Positions 12,568 to 25,088 of a stretch of 64,000 nt of DNA are shown one piece after another. The first letter of the stretch is position 1; each line of letters opens with the position of its first letter. The translations under genes and the position numbers were made by a program. The notes under the pieces were generated by a model, which was not told where the DNA came from, searched no databases, and saw only the letters and a program-made list of their open reading frames with translations. The stretch comes from Podarcis gaigeae. Lineage: Eukaryota. The DNA lies in the NCBI GenBank assembly GCA_964106915.2, contig OZ066929.1. One strand, 5' to 3'.

Positions 12568-14419
12568 GAATGCAGTTTTCATTGCCTGATTCAGGGGACT
12601 TCCTAGATTCAAAACTCCTTTCATTCCATCAGCAATAGTACTGCAATGTTTAATCAGTTAGGGAATAGTCTACTTTTTAAAACACTGAACAACTAAAAAA
12701 TATTACCTTGAATAACTGGGTAATAGACTTTTAAAAAGCAAATATTATTTGTAATTCAAGTATTTACAAGAATTATAGGTGGTAAGCACCATCTGTAAAG
12801 AGAGTTTACCCCCTTCTCTCACACACACAAATGAAGGTATTTCTTCTAAAACACTGTCTGCTAAATCTCATGTGTACATCACCTAAGCACAAGGTAAATA
12901 AGAGTTTTGTTTCAGAACTATTGTTTGCTCATAGGAAACTAAAACTCATCCTATTAATTTACTCTTTAATTGAGTGGTCACCCTAGTTAGCATAATATCG
13001 CCTAGGTCCTTTGGCCTAAACCTGCCTGAGTTTAACTGAGAAGTCCATCAAGGCAACACATAGGTACATTCCAATGTAACTCATTTTAAGCTGAATTTTG
13101 GACTGCCCTCTATATGAGAAGAACTCCTGAATCTTCTTACTTGGTTTAGAATTGCTTCATTTGTTACATGATCAAAGGCTTCTGACATGTATATGGCAGG
13201 CACAAAATGAATTGCGAAACACAGGGCTTAATTCTCTGAGCCATAATTTGGAGGTGCTTGTTGTTGGTTATTGTGATTCTTTCCCTGCTGAAAATGAGAG
13301 CCTTGAACAACAGCTTTTGATAATTCTTTAGATCACATTCTTGAATATCACCTGTATTTTTTACTGCTGTCTACGTGCTGTTTTATTGAACATGGAAAAT
13401 TAACACACTGCTGGGCTGCCCAAGGCCAAACTGAGGGTCATTCTCTCTATATATTTTTCCTGACTCACTCTGTGTTGAAAGTAAGGAGAAGGGGATTTGC
13501 TGTTTGTGGACCAGCAGTATTAAAACAGCAGTGTCAGGAGTGGAGAAGAGAACCTACTGAAAATGAAGTTGTAGATTTTGGTGAAAATCAGCTCTCATTT
13601 TTGTTGCCTTGTTGCATTCTAAAATATAATGGGGGCCTGAGAGGAGGAATACTGGATCACAGCTTGCTAGTTTGTTTTTCATCTTGGCAGGAATGGTTTT
13701 CAATTTATTTGCTTTTGTCACCCCGTGAGAATTGAGTGTACCCAACTGTACACTTCAGTAGTGGTGGACAAGATAATTTTTAGTGAAACCTGTCCATGTC
13801 CTTCCTTCTCTGGGATATTTTGACAGCCAATTCTGTAGAGCAAGGTTGGCCAGCATTTGTTCTCAAGGGCCATTCAGTTCTCCAGATAGTGATCCAAAGG
13901 TCAGAAGTGTAGTTTGGTTGTTGCACGATCAGGCTTTGCATTAAATCTGGTGCCACCTGGCAGTGAGGGCTTCACGATTATGGAACACTGTGTGCTGGAG
14001 CAAAAGAGGGAATATTGCATACAAAATCCCAAGGTAGTGTAACATGGAAGTCCTCTCACACATCACTTCAAGATGGCATTCCACAGTTTGGGGGTTTGCA
14101 TTATTCCTCTGGACTGTCAGTTGGTTCCCCTTTTCTGCTGGAGTGTATAAAGCCATTCAAGGGATGGATGGATAGGTAGGTAGGTAGGTAGATAGATTTT
14201 CTATTATTTTATGTAAGGTTAACCCTGTCTCAAAGGGCGTTGCACATAGGTTACCTACAGTAATTGTTTTCACCTGTTACCACCTTGTCCAAGTTGACAA
14301 CATTTTATGACAATGTATTCAGAATGCAAATGAATGAAAGTGAACTGCAAGTGCCTAGCAAAATATATAAACATGTTCATTCCCATTTTTACACACTGGA
14401 TTTGTTTGAAGAATGTGTA

Positions 14420-14637
14420 CAGTGGTACCTTGGGTTACAAACGCTTCAGGTTACAAACTCCGCTAACCCAGAAATAGTACCTCGGGTTAAGAACTTTGTT
14501 TCAGGATGAGAACAGAAATCGCGCAGCGGCGGCAGCAGGAGGCCCCATTAGCTAAAGTGGTAACTCAGGTTAAGAACAGTTTCAGGTTAAGAACGGACCT
14601 CCAGAACGAATTAAGTTCTTAACCCAAGGTACCACTG
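14420..14637. mobile_element. Tc1/mariner-pogo (Tigger-like) MITE
   Basis: TA flanks. Perfect 18-bp TIR CAGTGGTACCTTGGGTTA / TAACCCAAGGTACCACTG. Internal ggttaagaac repeats. Confidence 0.9.
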
Positions 14638-17600
14638 TATTCTTTTAAGGTATCTTTAAAAACATGATTGACTTGGTTTTCCCTTTGCAACGGTGCCAAG
14701 AGGCAAAAAGTTTACATGTTGGATAGTGTTCATCCATTTTGTTGTCTTAATATTCCTGGGAAGAAAGAACTTGACTTAGTGTGGGACTTTATCATTACGA
14801 TTTCTTGAACAGTAGCTTCTTAAGCCACACTTGAACATAATCCTAATGCACCGCTCCTGTAAAGTCTCTCAAACACCAAAAATTGTAGTTCTCCAATTCC
14901 TTCATTCTAAAGAAACGCCACCCCTGCTAAACACACACAAAAATACACTCATTCTCTCTTTCCCCCTCTCTGCACACACACACTCTTCACAGAGTGAACA
15001 AGAGAATATCCCCACCCCCTTTGTTAAGGTCCTAAGTTTATGGTTTACTTTGTAACGTAGCTGGCTCTTGAAGGACACAGTTGCACAGAATTTTTGGAGC
15101 AGCCTAATAGCTTCCTGTCTGTTCCTTAATTATTTAAGGTTTATTGAAGGTTTTCCATAAAAGTCCAGCCGATAAATCTGTACCAGTTGGACATAAAAAG
15201 TTTCTCTTTCCAGTTTAACTCTTCCACCAGCCCCCATTAATAGCAAAGGAGAGAAAGTCAAATTGAAACAAGAGAAATGAACTCTCCTTCACCTAAAAGA
15301 TCTGCTATGGATATCTACTTTGCTTAACAATTTTGAGAAGCTATGCAGTTGGACATCAGAGATGCTCATGTGAACCTTAATTTGTTCACCAGAGCTCATA
15401 ATAATCTTAAAAAATGATTGGGTGTAAATTATTGTTATTATTAATATTAACAAAACAACACCCCCCAAGATTTGCTCAAACAGAAAAATGTTTTAACATT
15501 ATCAACATAACAAAACAGATTGTTTCATTAGCATAGCTCCTATTATAAAACACTGGAATTAACTTTAAAAAGTGTAGTATTATTACTTTTAGCAAGGTTA
15601 GGTAAAATGCAAAGCATTCATAGAACTCGCTGTAGACTCTGGCTTTTATCCCGGAATGGCAGGGTCAACCTCCATGTACTTTTTTATTTATTGGATGTAA
15701 ACCAGAAACAAAACAAAGTAACAGTAGCTATTAAAATGTGAGACTTTTTAGAAGGAGTTTTGCAAAATGGCTCATACTCTGATCATCACCATCCTTGTGA
15801 TTCATTGAATATTTAAGCTGGATCAAATAATTGATTGTCTTACGTGCCAGCCCTTCATTTAAGAGCTTGCTTGTGCCCTCTGGAATTTTCTCCCTCCCTC
15901 CTTTTGTATTCTTTAGACTCCTCTATGGTACGGTATCAGAAACTGCCTCCGAACCTCCAAAATCAGCTTACTGCGCAGCTGGCAGGGCTGGCCTGCCCAT
16001 GAGGTGGCAGGCTCCAGACAGTGGGCAGGTGTGGCAGATCTGCTTCCTGCACTTGTAAGCCACTTCCTCCTCTGCTGTGAGCCCCACCCACCCTGTTCTT
16101 GGGCAGCAGTGGGCAAGCAGTGACAGGCAGGCATGCGGGGGGGGGGGCATTTCCCGCAAAATCTCCTGGGCGGCCCTAGCTGCCGGTCTGAGAAAGGAAC
16201 ATCTTGAGCCTCCTTGGGAGACCGGAACTAGCTATTGCACCCCAATCTTCTCTATCCCTTCCACTATTTTCTTTGCCATTGTTAAGTCAGGGATGCAATG
16301 CCGTTCTTTTACTTAAGTGAATTGTACAGTTCCCCAATATCAATAGGGGGAACTGTAGGGGTTTTTTTATTATTTGCAAGAGGTTGTAATAAAAAATTTA
16401 GCAGCGCATTTTAACGAGCCCTTGTGGCTTCATATTAACAGTTACTCAGTGCAATAAAAAGAAGAAAACAGCAACGGGGAAAATGTTACTTTTTTCCTCC
16501 TGCCAAAAAACGTTACCCTGTCCAGCTAATAAAACAGAAACGTTTGCCTCCGCAGTAAATTTCAAATATATATTCTCTGTGGGTTTTTGGTCCTCCCGCA
16601 TGTGAAAAAGGAAGGTACAACAAGCCTTTCACGCCTAGGAAGTGCCACAAGCAGAACTGGCAGGTGACCAACATGTTGCATATGTTAAGTGAACTCTTTG
16701 TATGTAGGCTGGCAGTAAGTTCTGGACAGAGAAGATTCTGCCTAATAGAACTCCCTGGCTCAAGGTGTGTGATGTTTGATACTTTAGATTATGTTGGAAT
16801 AGGATTAAGAAGATCTCTGCAGATTGGACCAAAATTCTATCTAGTCCAGCATCTTCATTCCACCAGCACCTAAGCTTATGCCTTCAAGATGCCCATAAAC
16901 TGAAGGCAATAGCCCACTGCTGCTATTGTTCCCTAGAAAATGGTACCCCAACTCATGTTGTTGTTGTTGTTGATGATGGCCTCTAAACATGGAGAGACTA
17001 TTTCACCATCATGACTAATAGCTATTGATAGACCGATATTCTTCCCCGTGTATTTATCACTAAATTGTCTTGTGTAGCATCTCAGCCCATGACCATCACT
17101 ACATCACAATGAATTCTGCATTACACACATTCGTAACTGGCAGTCAATGGTTACAAGACAAGATCCCTAAATGGAACATCCGTGTTCAGAGCCAGCGTGC
17201 CTCAATACTTGGCTGCTGGGAGCAAATAGTAATGGATGGCAATTACCTTTATTCACTTTTGTGGAATTGGGAATTCTGGGCTAGTTCTGTCTGGGTAGTC
17301 TTTTGTAAAGTTCTTCTGGAAGTGTGTGTTAGCAGAAGACTTCAGTAGTGCTTTTGCTGTGTTCAGTACTGGAAATGAAACAAGGTCCAGAGATGGTTCA
17401 GATGGTTGCTTTTCTGTAGGCTCAACGGTTCAGCACCGTTTGAAAAGCTGTTACCATGCACCAATAAATTAGAGGTTTGTTGTTGGTTTAAATGCTTTAA
17501 TTAAAATATTTATCACCTGCCTGAGTTCTTGAGTTAGAAGCTGCAAGCCCAACACAAAGTTTATAGCGTGAAAAGTCATTCCTCCCCTCAATTCCTCATC

Positions 17601-18572
17601 GAATTTCTGAGCAACTTTAAATAGGATTAGGATGTCTTTGTAGTGCAGTTTACTCTAGGACCTACCATTTAAAAAGTGCTGTAGAATTAGCAGAGATATA
17701 CATTTCCATGAACTATGTAGCCACAGAGAAACCCTTCCCACCACCATGAAGAAATGTGAAATTTTGAATGCGTGTGTGCACACACAACCTGTACAACCAT
17801 TTATATATTTGATTGACTATGGCTATCTATACCAAATTTGGGAATATTAAGTCAGTCACATAGAAGAGATGGAATCAAGAAGATACTTATGCTGTTACGG
17901 ACACCAGACATTTATGGAGTCACATTAAGAGTATATTAAGGGTGTTGCACATAATTGGCTTTGTCTTTTTGATGTAGCCTCATTGCCCACTTTTGGGGGC
18001 AGGGGGATAACATAACCAGCCATGCCACAGTATATAAATTAGCACATAATCAAGAGTCACTCTTGCAGTTTTGAAGAGGCGACAAGAATACATTCTCCCC
18101 CATAGACTCACATTTGAAAGAGTAGTTTCTGAATGGGAGTTCCCAGTGTACTGTTTTATGTTCAAGTCTGCTTGGCCCATCTGATCACATGGTAGCAACT
18201 TGAAAACCCTTCCATACCATTCATGGTGTTACCATGCTACAAGGAACCAGCATGTCAAAATTCATGTTCTACATTGAGACGGGGTTTATTAAGGGTCTGA
18301 AACTGGAGAAAGTTTTATCTGTTAATATTCCATTGAAAACGGTGATGAGGTAGGATGATCAGGGGTATGGAGTGACTACCCTAAAAATCAGTTTGAAATC
18401 AGTGTGTTTGTACTTAACCCTGCTGTGTTACAAATATATTGCAGAGATGTAGCATACTGGGGGGGGGGGGGGGAGAGAAAAAATCAAACACTGGAGTGCA
18501 AAGCTACCCACAGCTGACCGGTAATTTGACTTGATCATTGATTAATGTATCCTATTTCTTGTTTTCTTCCAG

Positions 18573-18621
18573 GTCTGATGAAATTGAGATTATCATGACA
18601 GACCTTGAAAGGGCAAATCAG
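18573..18621 (+). CDS. CUX1: CUX1 exon 9 equivalent, 49 nt: (K)SDEIEIIMTDLERANQ
   Basis: ttttcttccag| and CAG|gtaagg. AA+G completes Lys across a 16.6 kb intron. Confidence 0.96.
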
Positions 18622-19583
18622 GTAAGGTTTTTTTTTAAGCCAGTATTGTCGGTTGGATTGTAAAGACAGCCTTGAAGTGTCATGCTTATCAGAGTTGTAG
18701 CACTGCAACTCCCATCAGCCTCAGCCTGCATGACCAAGGGCTAGGGATGATGGGAATTGTAGTCCTACAACATCTGGAGAACCCCCACCCATTCCACTTT
18801 ACTATTTTGTCTGATTCAAAGCCTAGCAAGCAGAGTTTCACTTGCCTTGCACACATTCTGGTGAACATTTTGTTGTCTTAGCCAAACCTATGACACAACA
18901 CTAATGTGAGGATGAAATGTGCCACTGTGGTTTCCTTGGAGGAAAAGGAGAAATGTATTTGGCAGTAGTTCCTTAGGAGGAGGGGCAGGATAAAAATATA
19001 ACATGGGATTTAATTTTGTGTGTGTGTTTGTTCTTAATAACTATTGTTTCATTGTTCATATTGTATTTTAATTGTAGCATCTGTTTTATGAGCTGCCTAT
19101 TGTACAATTGTTATGGGGCACCTATATAACTACAGTTATGCTGGATGATCAATGTTTTCATTGACTAAAACAGGAATAGCCCTCCAAATCGTGTGCTACT
19201 TCTCATGTCATCCTGGCTGGGGCTGGTGCAGCTTGGACTCCAAATATCTCTAGAGCAGTGCATTGGCTTCCCCTGAATTAAACATCTTTCCCTAGCTTGC
19301 AAGCTTCACCCTGTCTGTGTGGGCAGGAGAGAGAAATAGCGATGGAGAAAAGAGGCTTGTCAAAAAAACATTGTGCTTGTTTCAGGCAAAGCAGGCCGAG
19401 GATCTCTTAATTCAGCATTTACTCGTGAGAATTATTCCCATGAGGAATCTTGCAGCACAGCCTGCTTTGGCTGGGAGTATAGAAGGCAATTGAATCAAAG
19501 GGTTCCATTTCCACTTGCATTCATCCAGCCTGGGAAATTCAGTGGGCCGCAGCATTTGTGTCAGCAGGGGATTCCTTGCTCCT

Positions 19584-19727
19584 NNNNNNNNNNNNNNNNN
19601 NNNNNNNNNNNNNNNNNNNNNNNNNNNNNNNNNNNNNNNNNNNNNNNNNNNNNNNNNNNNNNNNNNNNNNNNNNNNNNNNNNNNNNNNNNNNNNNNNNNN
19701 NNNNNNNNNNNNNNNNNNNNNNNNNNN
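19584..19727. other. Assembly gap (144 N)
   Basis: Run of N in intron 9. Confidence 1.
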
Positions 19728-19766
19728 GAATTGATGAATGTTCGTGCAATAATTGCCAGTTGTTAA

Positions 19767-20021
<255 letters not shown>

Positions 20022-21023
20022 TGAAACACCTCCAGCTCAGCTTCTTGCACTTTGCTGCCAGGCAGAGCTGAGGTTTTCAGCAGCCGCCAGAATTGTGTTT
20101 CTTGGGAATCACCTTTCCCTTGCGATGCCTTCAAGTACAGCTGCTTGTTGTGCCGGGTTTGGAGCAGGGACATTGATGGGAGGATGGGGGGGCTTAGCAA
20201 CCTTGCCTTTTTCATAGGGGAGCTGTAAGGTCGGGATTGCTCATTTGGAGCTTTGCTTTGTCTAGCCTGTAGATTTCAAAGCGGGAATAAACCAGGAACT
20301 GTGCCTGAACCAGGGACTGAAGACCATGAAGTTCTTTTAGTGCAACGTCTATCAGAATTATTTGCATTGTCGCAATGTGCTAGATGGTGTGTAAAGACGC
20401 GGCATGTTGCTTTTCTAGTCAGCTCTTCACTTTCTGTAGTTGTGAAAATTCATGCAATAGCTGAATCTGCATGGTTGTATTTATTTATTTTTGAAAATTA
20501 AGTTTCTAGACCACGCCAACCTTAAACTTTGGGCAGATACAGGTGAAGATGGTTCTTAAGGTATCTTGGTCCCAGGATGTTTGGAGCTTTAAAAATCATT
20601 GCCAGTTCTTAAATCAAGCCCGGAAACAAATAGATAGCCGACAGAAATGGAAATATATTTCATTTTCCCAAGTTCTGGTCAATGATTTTAGATCAGTAGA
20701 AGTTTTCAGACTTGCTTCAAGGGCAGCCCCATGTAGAGAACATGACAGTAATCTGACCTATTAAGTTGGAAATATTTTTGTCACCCCTTTCAACAGACAT
20801 GTTTTCATGCCTTTCAGAAGCAACCAAAGTTAAACGGGGGGTGTGTGTGTGGATAGACTTTTCTGGGTTGCCTGTCTCTGATACCTGCCCTTTAATCTCT
20901 TGCCTCTGCCATCATTTCTGGATGAACTACAGGTGTTTTTAGGCCTGCTGTTTTGCCAGGGTGTGATTTCTCTCTATCTCTCTACCCCTTTCTCACTTCA
21001 TCCCCCCCCCCCTTGTCTTTTAG

Positions 21024-21287
<264 letters not shown>

Positions 21288-21702
21288 TAAGAGCCCTGGT
21301 GGATCAGCCCAAAAGCCTATCTCCTATTTCCCAAGGTGGCCAATCAGATGCCTGTGGGAAGACAGTAGCCCTCTCCTACTTCTGGTTCACAGAGACATGG
21401 CACCTCTGATCCCATAGGTAGTATGTGGGCATCGTGACTGGTGGTCAATGTATGCCTGTGGTGCTGTTGTAAGGGGCATTCTTTTCCCCCAGTGCTGTGT
21501 TACCAAGCTCCTTCCGGCCCTGCAATGTGTTTGTTTTTAACTTTTAACATCCTCCAACACAAATGACAATTTCTCAGTGAACTTGCCACAGTGATTCCTA
21601 CTTACTCATGTTCAAAATTCAGATCCATTCTGTTGTAAGTCTGGCTGAAGCAAGAGAAAACAACATTTGGCATAAGAAGGAGCAAGCCTTTGTTTCTATT
21701 AC

Positions 21703-21921
21703 GTTTATATTCCGCCTCTCCTCCAGTGAGCTCAAGGCAGCACACACAGTTCTTGGTTCTCCCTCTTCCCATTATATCCTCACAACAACCCCATTGACAT
21801 AGGATAGGTTGAGAGATAACGAGTGGCCAAAGTCACCCAGGAGGCTTCATGGCTTAGTAGGGATTTGAATCTTGATGTCCCCCAGTCCTTGTCCACAACT
21901 GTTAAGCACTTCACCGCACCA
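21703..21921 (-). mobile_element. CORE/Squam3-like SINE, reverse copy; a further partial copy near 35310-35440(-)
   Basis: Reverse complement of the 4753 element: gagctcaagg, atcctcacaacaacc, agtcaccca, ttcatggct, gggatttgaa. Confidence 0.7.
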
Positions 21922-23189
21922 GTTCATATGGATTCCATTCTCTCCCCTGTCCAGGAATTTGGGTGAAGCCCACAGGTTTGTATTCTGAGCATCACTGCTT
22001 TGCTCAGCAAACAAGTGTTGCCAGCTCTCAGGGTGCTCACTCTGGCCTCCTTGTCTCACCATCGCTGAACGGGAAGCAAAGCAAAAGTTACGGGTGGTGG
22101 TGTGCATTACGAAGCCCGTCTTTATGATTTGAAACTGGCCCTGTTATGATAATTGTGGTTGTTGCTTCTGAAAATGTCTGCAAACACAACACATGCTGCA
22201 CCCCTGAGCTGTGGGTCCTGCCAGAGAGAACTGCCTTACAATGAATCAAACCACTGATCTTTCTCACCCAATGTTGTCAACCCTGACTGGTAGTGGCACA
22301 GGATGGCAGGGGAGGGAGGGAGAAACTGAGCCTTTCCTGTCTGTGTATCTTTGGTTGTGCACTGTTAACATGGCTGTCCTGGTTCAGTAGCAAGAATCAA
22401 AACCGGTACATTTATCTTGGGGAAAAGGGTTAAGAAGAAAGGGATGCAGCTTTCTGTTTTGAATGCAGGCCCTCTGAAAATATTATATAATCATTTAATA
22501 AAGGCCTTAAGGGTAGGACCTGGAAGAGGAACCGTTTTTGCTTCTTGGCTGCTTTTTCTTGTTCATTCTTTGTACCCAGTGAGTAGGTTAATAAACTTAG
22601 ATTGGCTTCTTGATAAGATGCCTTTTCCTGAGCTACTGCATGGGAGTCTCCCCCCACCAACTCCACTCCTGTTAGTGCATCATTTTGCAAGCTCCCAGAG
22701 GGTGTATTTTTAGACCTTGCGTGACATTAGAAACATGCCTTTTATTTTGTCTGAAAACGAACCAAGTCAATAGTTGGAGCCAGATATTAGTTCCTCCAGA
22801 TTGTCTCACAGCTTGAACCTTTTGTTCTGCTTTGCATTTTGCTGGGTTCTTCCAGACAATTGCTATGCTAATTTCTTCCCACAACTGTTGCAAAGAGATG
22901 GGGGGCACTTGGCTCCTAAATGGCCTGATCACATCAGACTGTAGGTATCTCTTCTTTCTGCCTTGGTGGGCATCATTTTTGCTGGCTCAAGAGGAAGGTC
23001 ATTCCTCTCATAGGGATAACACATCCCACAGGTGATGATAGGCAGGGTCCCAAACCTTCTGCCTCCTCTCCAGAGAATGGGGCCATCCCACCCACCAATC
23101 TGATCCTGTCTGTCGTTTTTGTTGGGTCTGACTTGTCAGGTTGAAGAATTTTAATCTAATCAAAATAATGCTGCACTTTTTCTTTTAAG

Positions 23190-23248
23190 CAACTGGAAGA
23201 AAAATTGAAGGTGCAAGCTGACTATGACGAGGTTAAGAAAGAATTGAA
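23190..23248 (+). CDS. CUX1: CUX1 exon 12 equivalent, 59 nt: QLEEKLKVQADYDEVKKEL(N)
   Basis: ttttcttttaag| (less common AAG acceptor) and AA|gtaagt. Confidence 0.95.
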
Positions 23249-25039
23249 GTAAGTATATATATGTGTGTATATAGTTGAAATCAGCAATACGTTTTTTTCT
23301 GGGTGGAAAAAATACAGTGATTTCAAGCTAAGAACCAACTCGCTAAAACTGAGAGAAGAATACATCTCATGCATGTTGGTTGTGGACATGTTTGTGGCTT
23401 CAAACATGTTGCTTCACTACCACCCAAAAAATCTAGGAGCTGTGAGTGCCCTGAACTTTGTCCAAGGTCTTTAATTCCTTTGTGGATTAATGGTTTTCAT
23501 AAGAGAAATCCTATTGAATCAGACCAAAGATATAGTTAGTTCAGCATCCTGTTTACTGCAATTCATGCACAGAAATTTAAATAAATGCAGCTTTCCCCAC
23601 ACCTTTATCTCTTTTCCGGAAATCATTTACCTCCTCAAAAGCTTGTAAGTCAAGTGAGCCTCCTTGATGCTTATCCACCAACCCAAGAACATGTCCCAAG
23701 GCTAGGGATGAACAGATCAGTCTCTTTCCAGTCCAGTCCACTGTCCCATTTCCTCATCATTCTGTGATTGTTTTTTAAAGACCTACAGATATTCACATTT
23801 TAAAAGTATTTTTCCTCACAAAATATGCAAATTACTGTTTGTTTTTGAAACGACTCTGGAGCACTTCCAATTGCGTGTTAGTTTGGGAAGTTTGCTTACA
23901 CACTGCAGAGACTACCACGTGTCCCAGAGGGGTGTCTAGTTTGTACTGGAAACCGGGCTTCTAGTGTTACCGCTCCAGCCCTCTGGAATTAGTAACCAGC
24001 TGAAATTAAGCAGGTGCCCAGCGCCTTCTGAAGGCATTTTTGTGTAAGAACTCTTTCCCTGGGGTGTGACCCATTCATTTACAGATTGTTATTTATAGCT
24101 GTAGAAATTGTTTTGTTGTTTTTAGGGTTTGTAAGAATGCTTTTATTGTTTGTCGGACTTGTATTTTGTCTCATTTTTGCCTTCTTGTACAACGTTTCAA
24201 AGGCTTCGGGCAGTGAATCAGTTCATAAATTTGTAAAATAATAATAATGATAAATATGCAAACTAAATGGAGAGTTTTTTTCTGCAGTGGGCAATTTTGA
24301 AAACCTTTGCCTAACTGCACAGTTTTGACTTTCCCAGCAGCCTTGACAGGCCAACACACCAGGCTGGCCAATTGAATGGTTTGCTTTTGTTGAGTCACTT
24401 ATTGAGGACGTGGAGAGTAAAATACAAAGGGAATGTCTTTGTGATTCCCAGGCGCTTCATAGAGCTTAAGAAATACCAAGCAATTCTTGGGTTCTATCAC
24501 TGTGGAATGCTTGATTATTAAAATGCAAAACAGAGTCTCCTCTGTTTTTTAAGCCTGTGTTGGGTCATGCAAATAATTTGTGCTCGTTTTCCTTGATATG
24601 TGAGCTGATAAATTTTGCATGTTTTCATTTTTCGCATTTCATGGGCATTATTATGACCATGATGACGATTCCCTGTTTTTGCTGCTTTGTTATAAGCCTC
24701 CCCCCATTTCCCTTCAAGCGTCACACACACATTTATATTGTTTCTGACAGTTTAAAATGTTATATCCTTATTAACCTTTAAATTTATGCTTGAAACGGGC
24801 CTGGTGGGACTGCATTGTGCAGTGATTTAGAGGGCATTTGAGAAAATGTTCTTCTCTGATAACTAGTGTGAATAGTTATTCTATATTCATTATCAGATTA
24901 TATTACTCTCAAGAAAAGTTGTTAAAGTTATCACTTAGGGTGTTCCTGGAGAGCTGAAAATTACAATGTTAATGCTTATTAGAGGAGCTGTTATGAAAGG
25001 ACAGAAGAGAAAATAACTCTTTATTCTACCACTTTGCAG

Positions 25040-25088
25040 CATCTTGAAGTCCATGGAGTTTGCACCCTCTGATGGCTCCAGCACACAG
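25040..25088 (+). CDS. CUX1: CUX1 exon 13 equivalent, 49 nt: (N)ILKSMEFAPSDGSSTQ
   Basis: actttgcag| and CAG|gtaaca. Confidence 0.95.
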
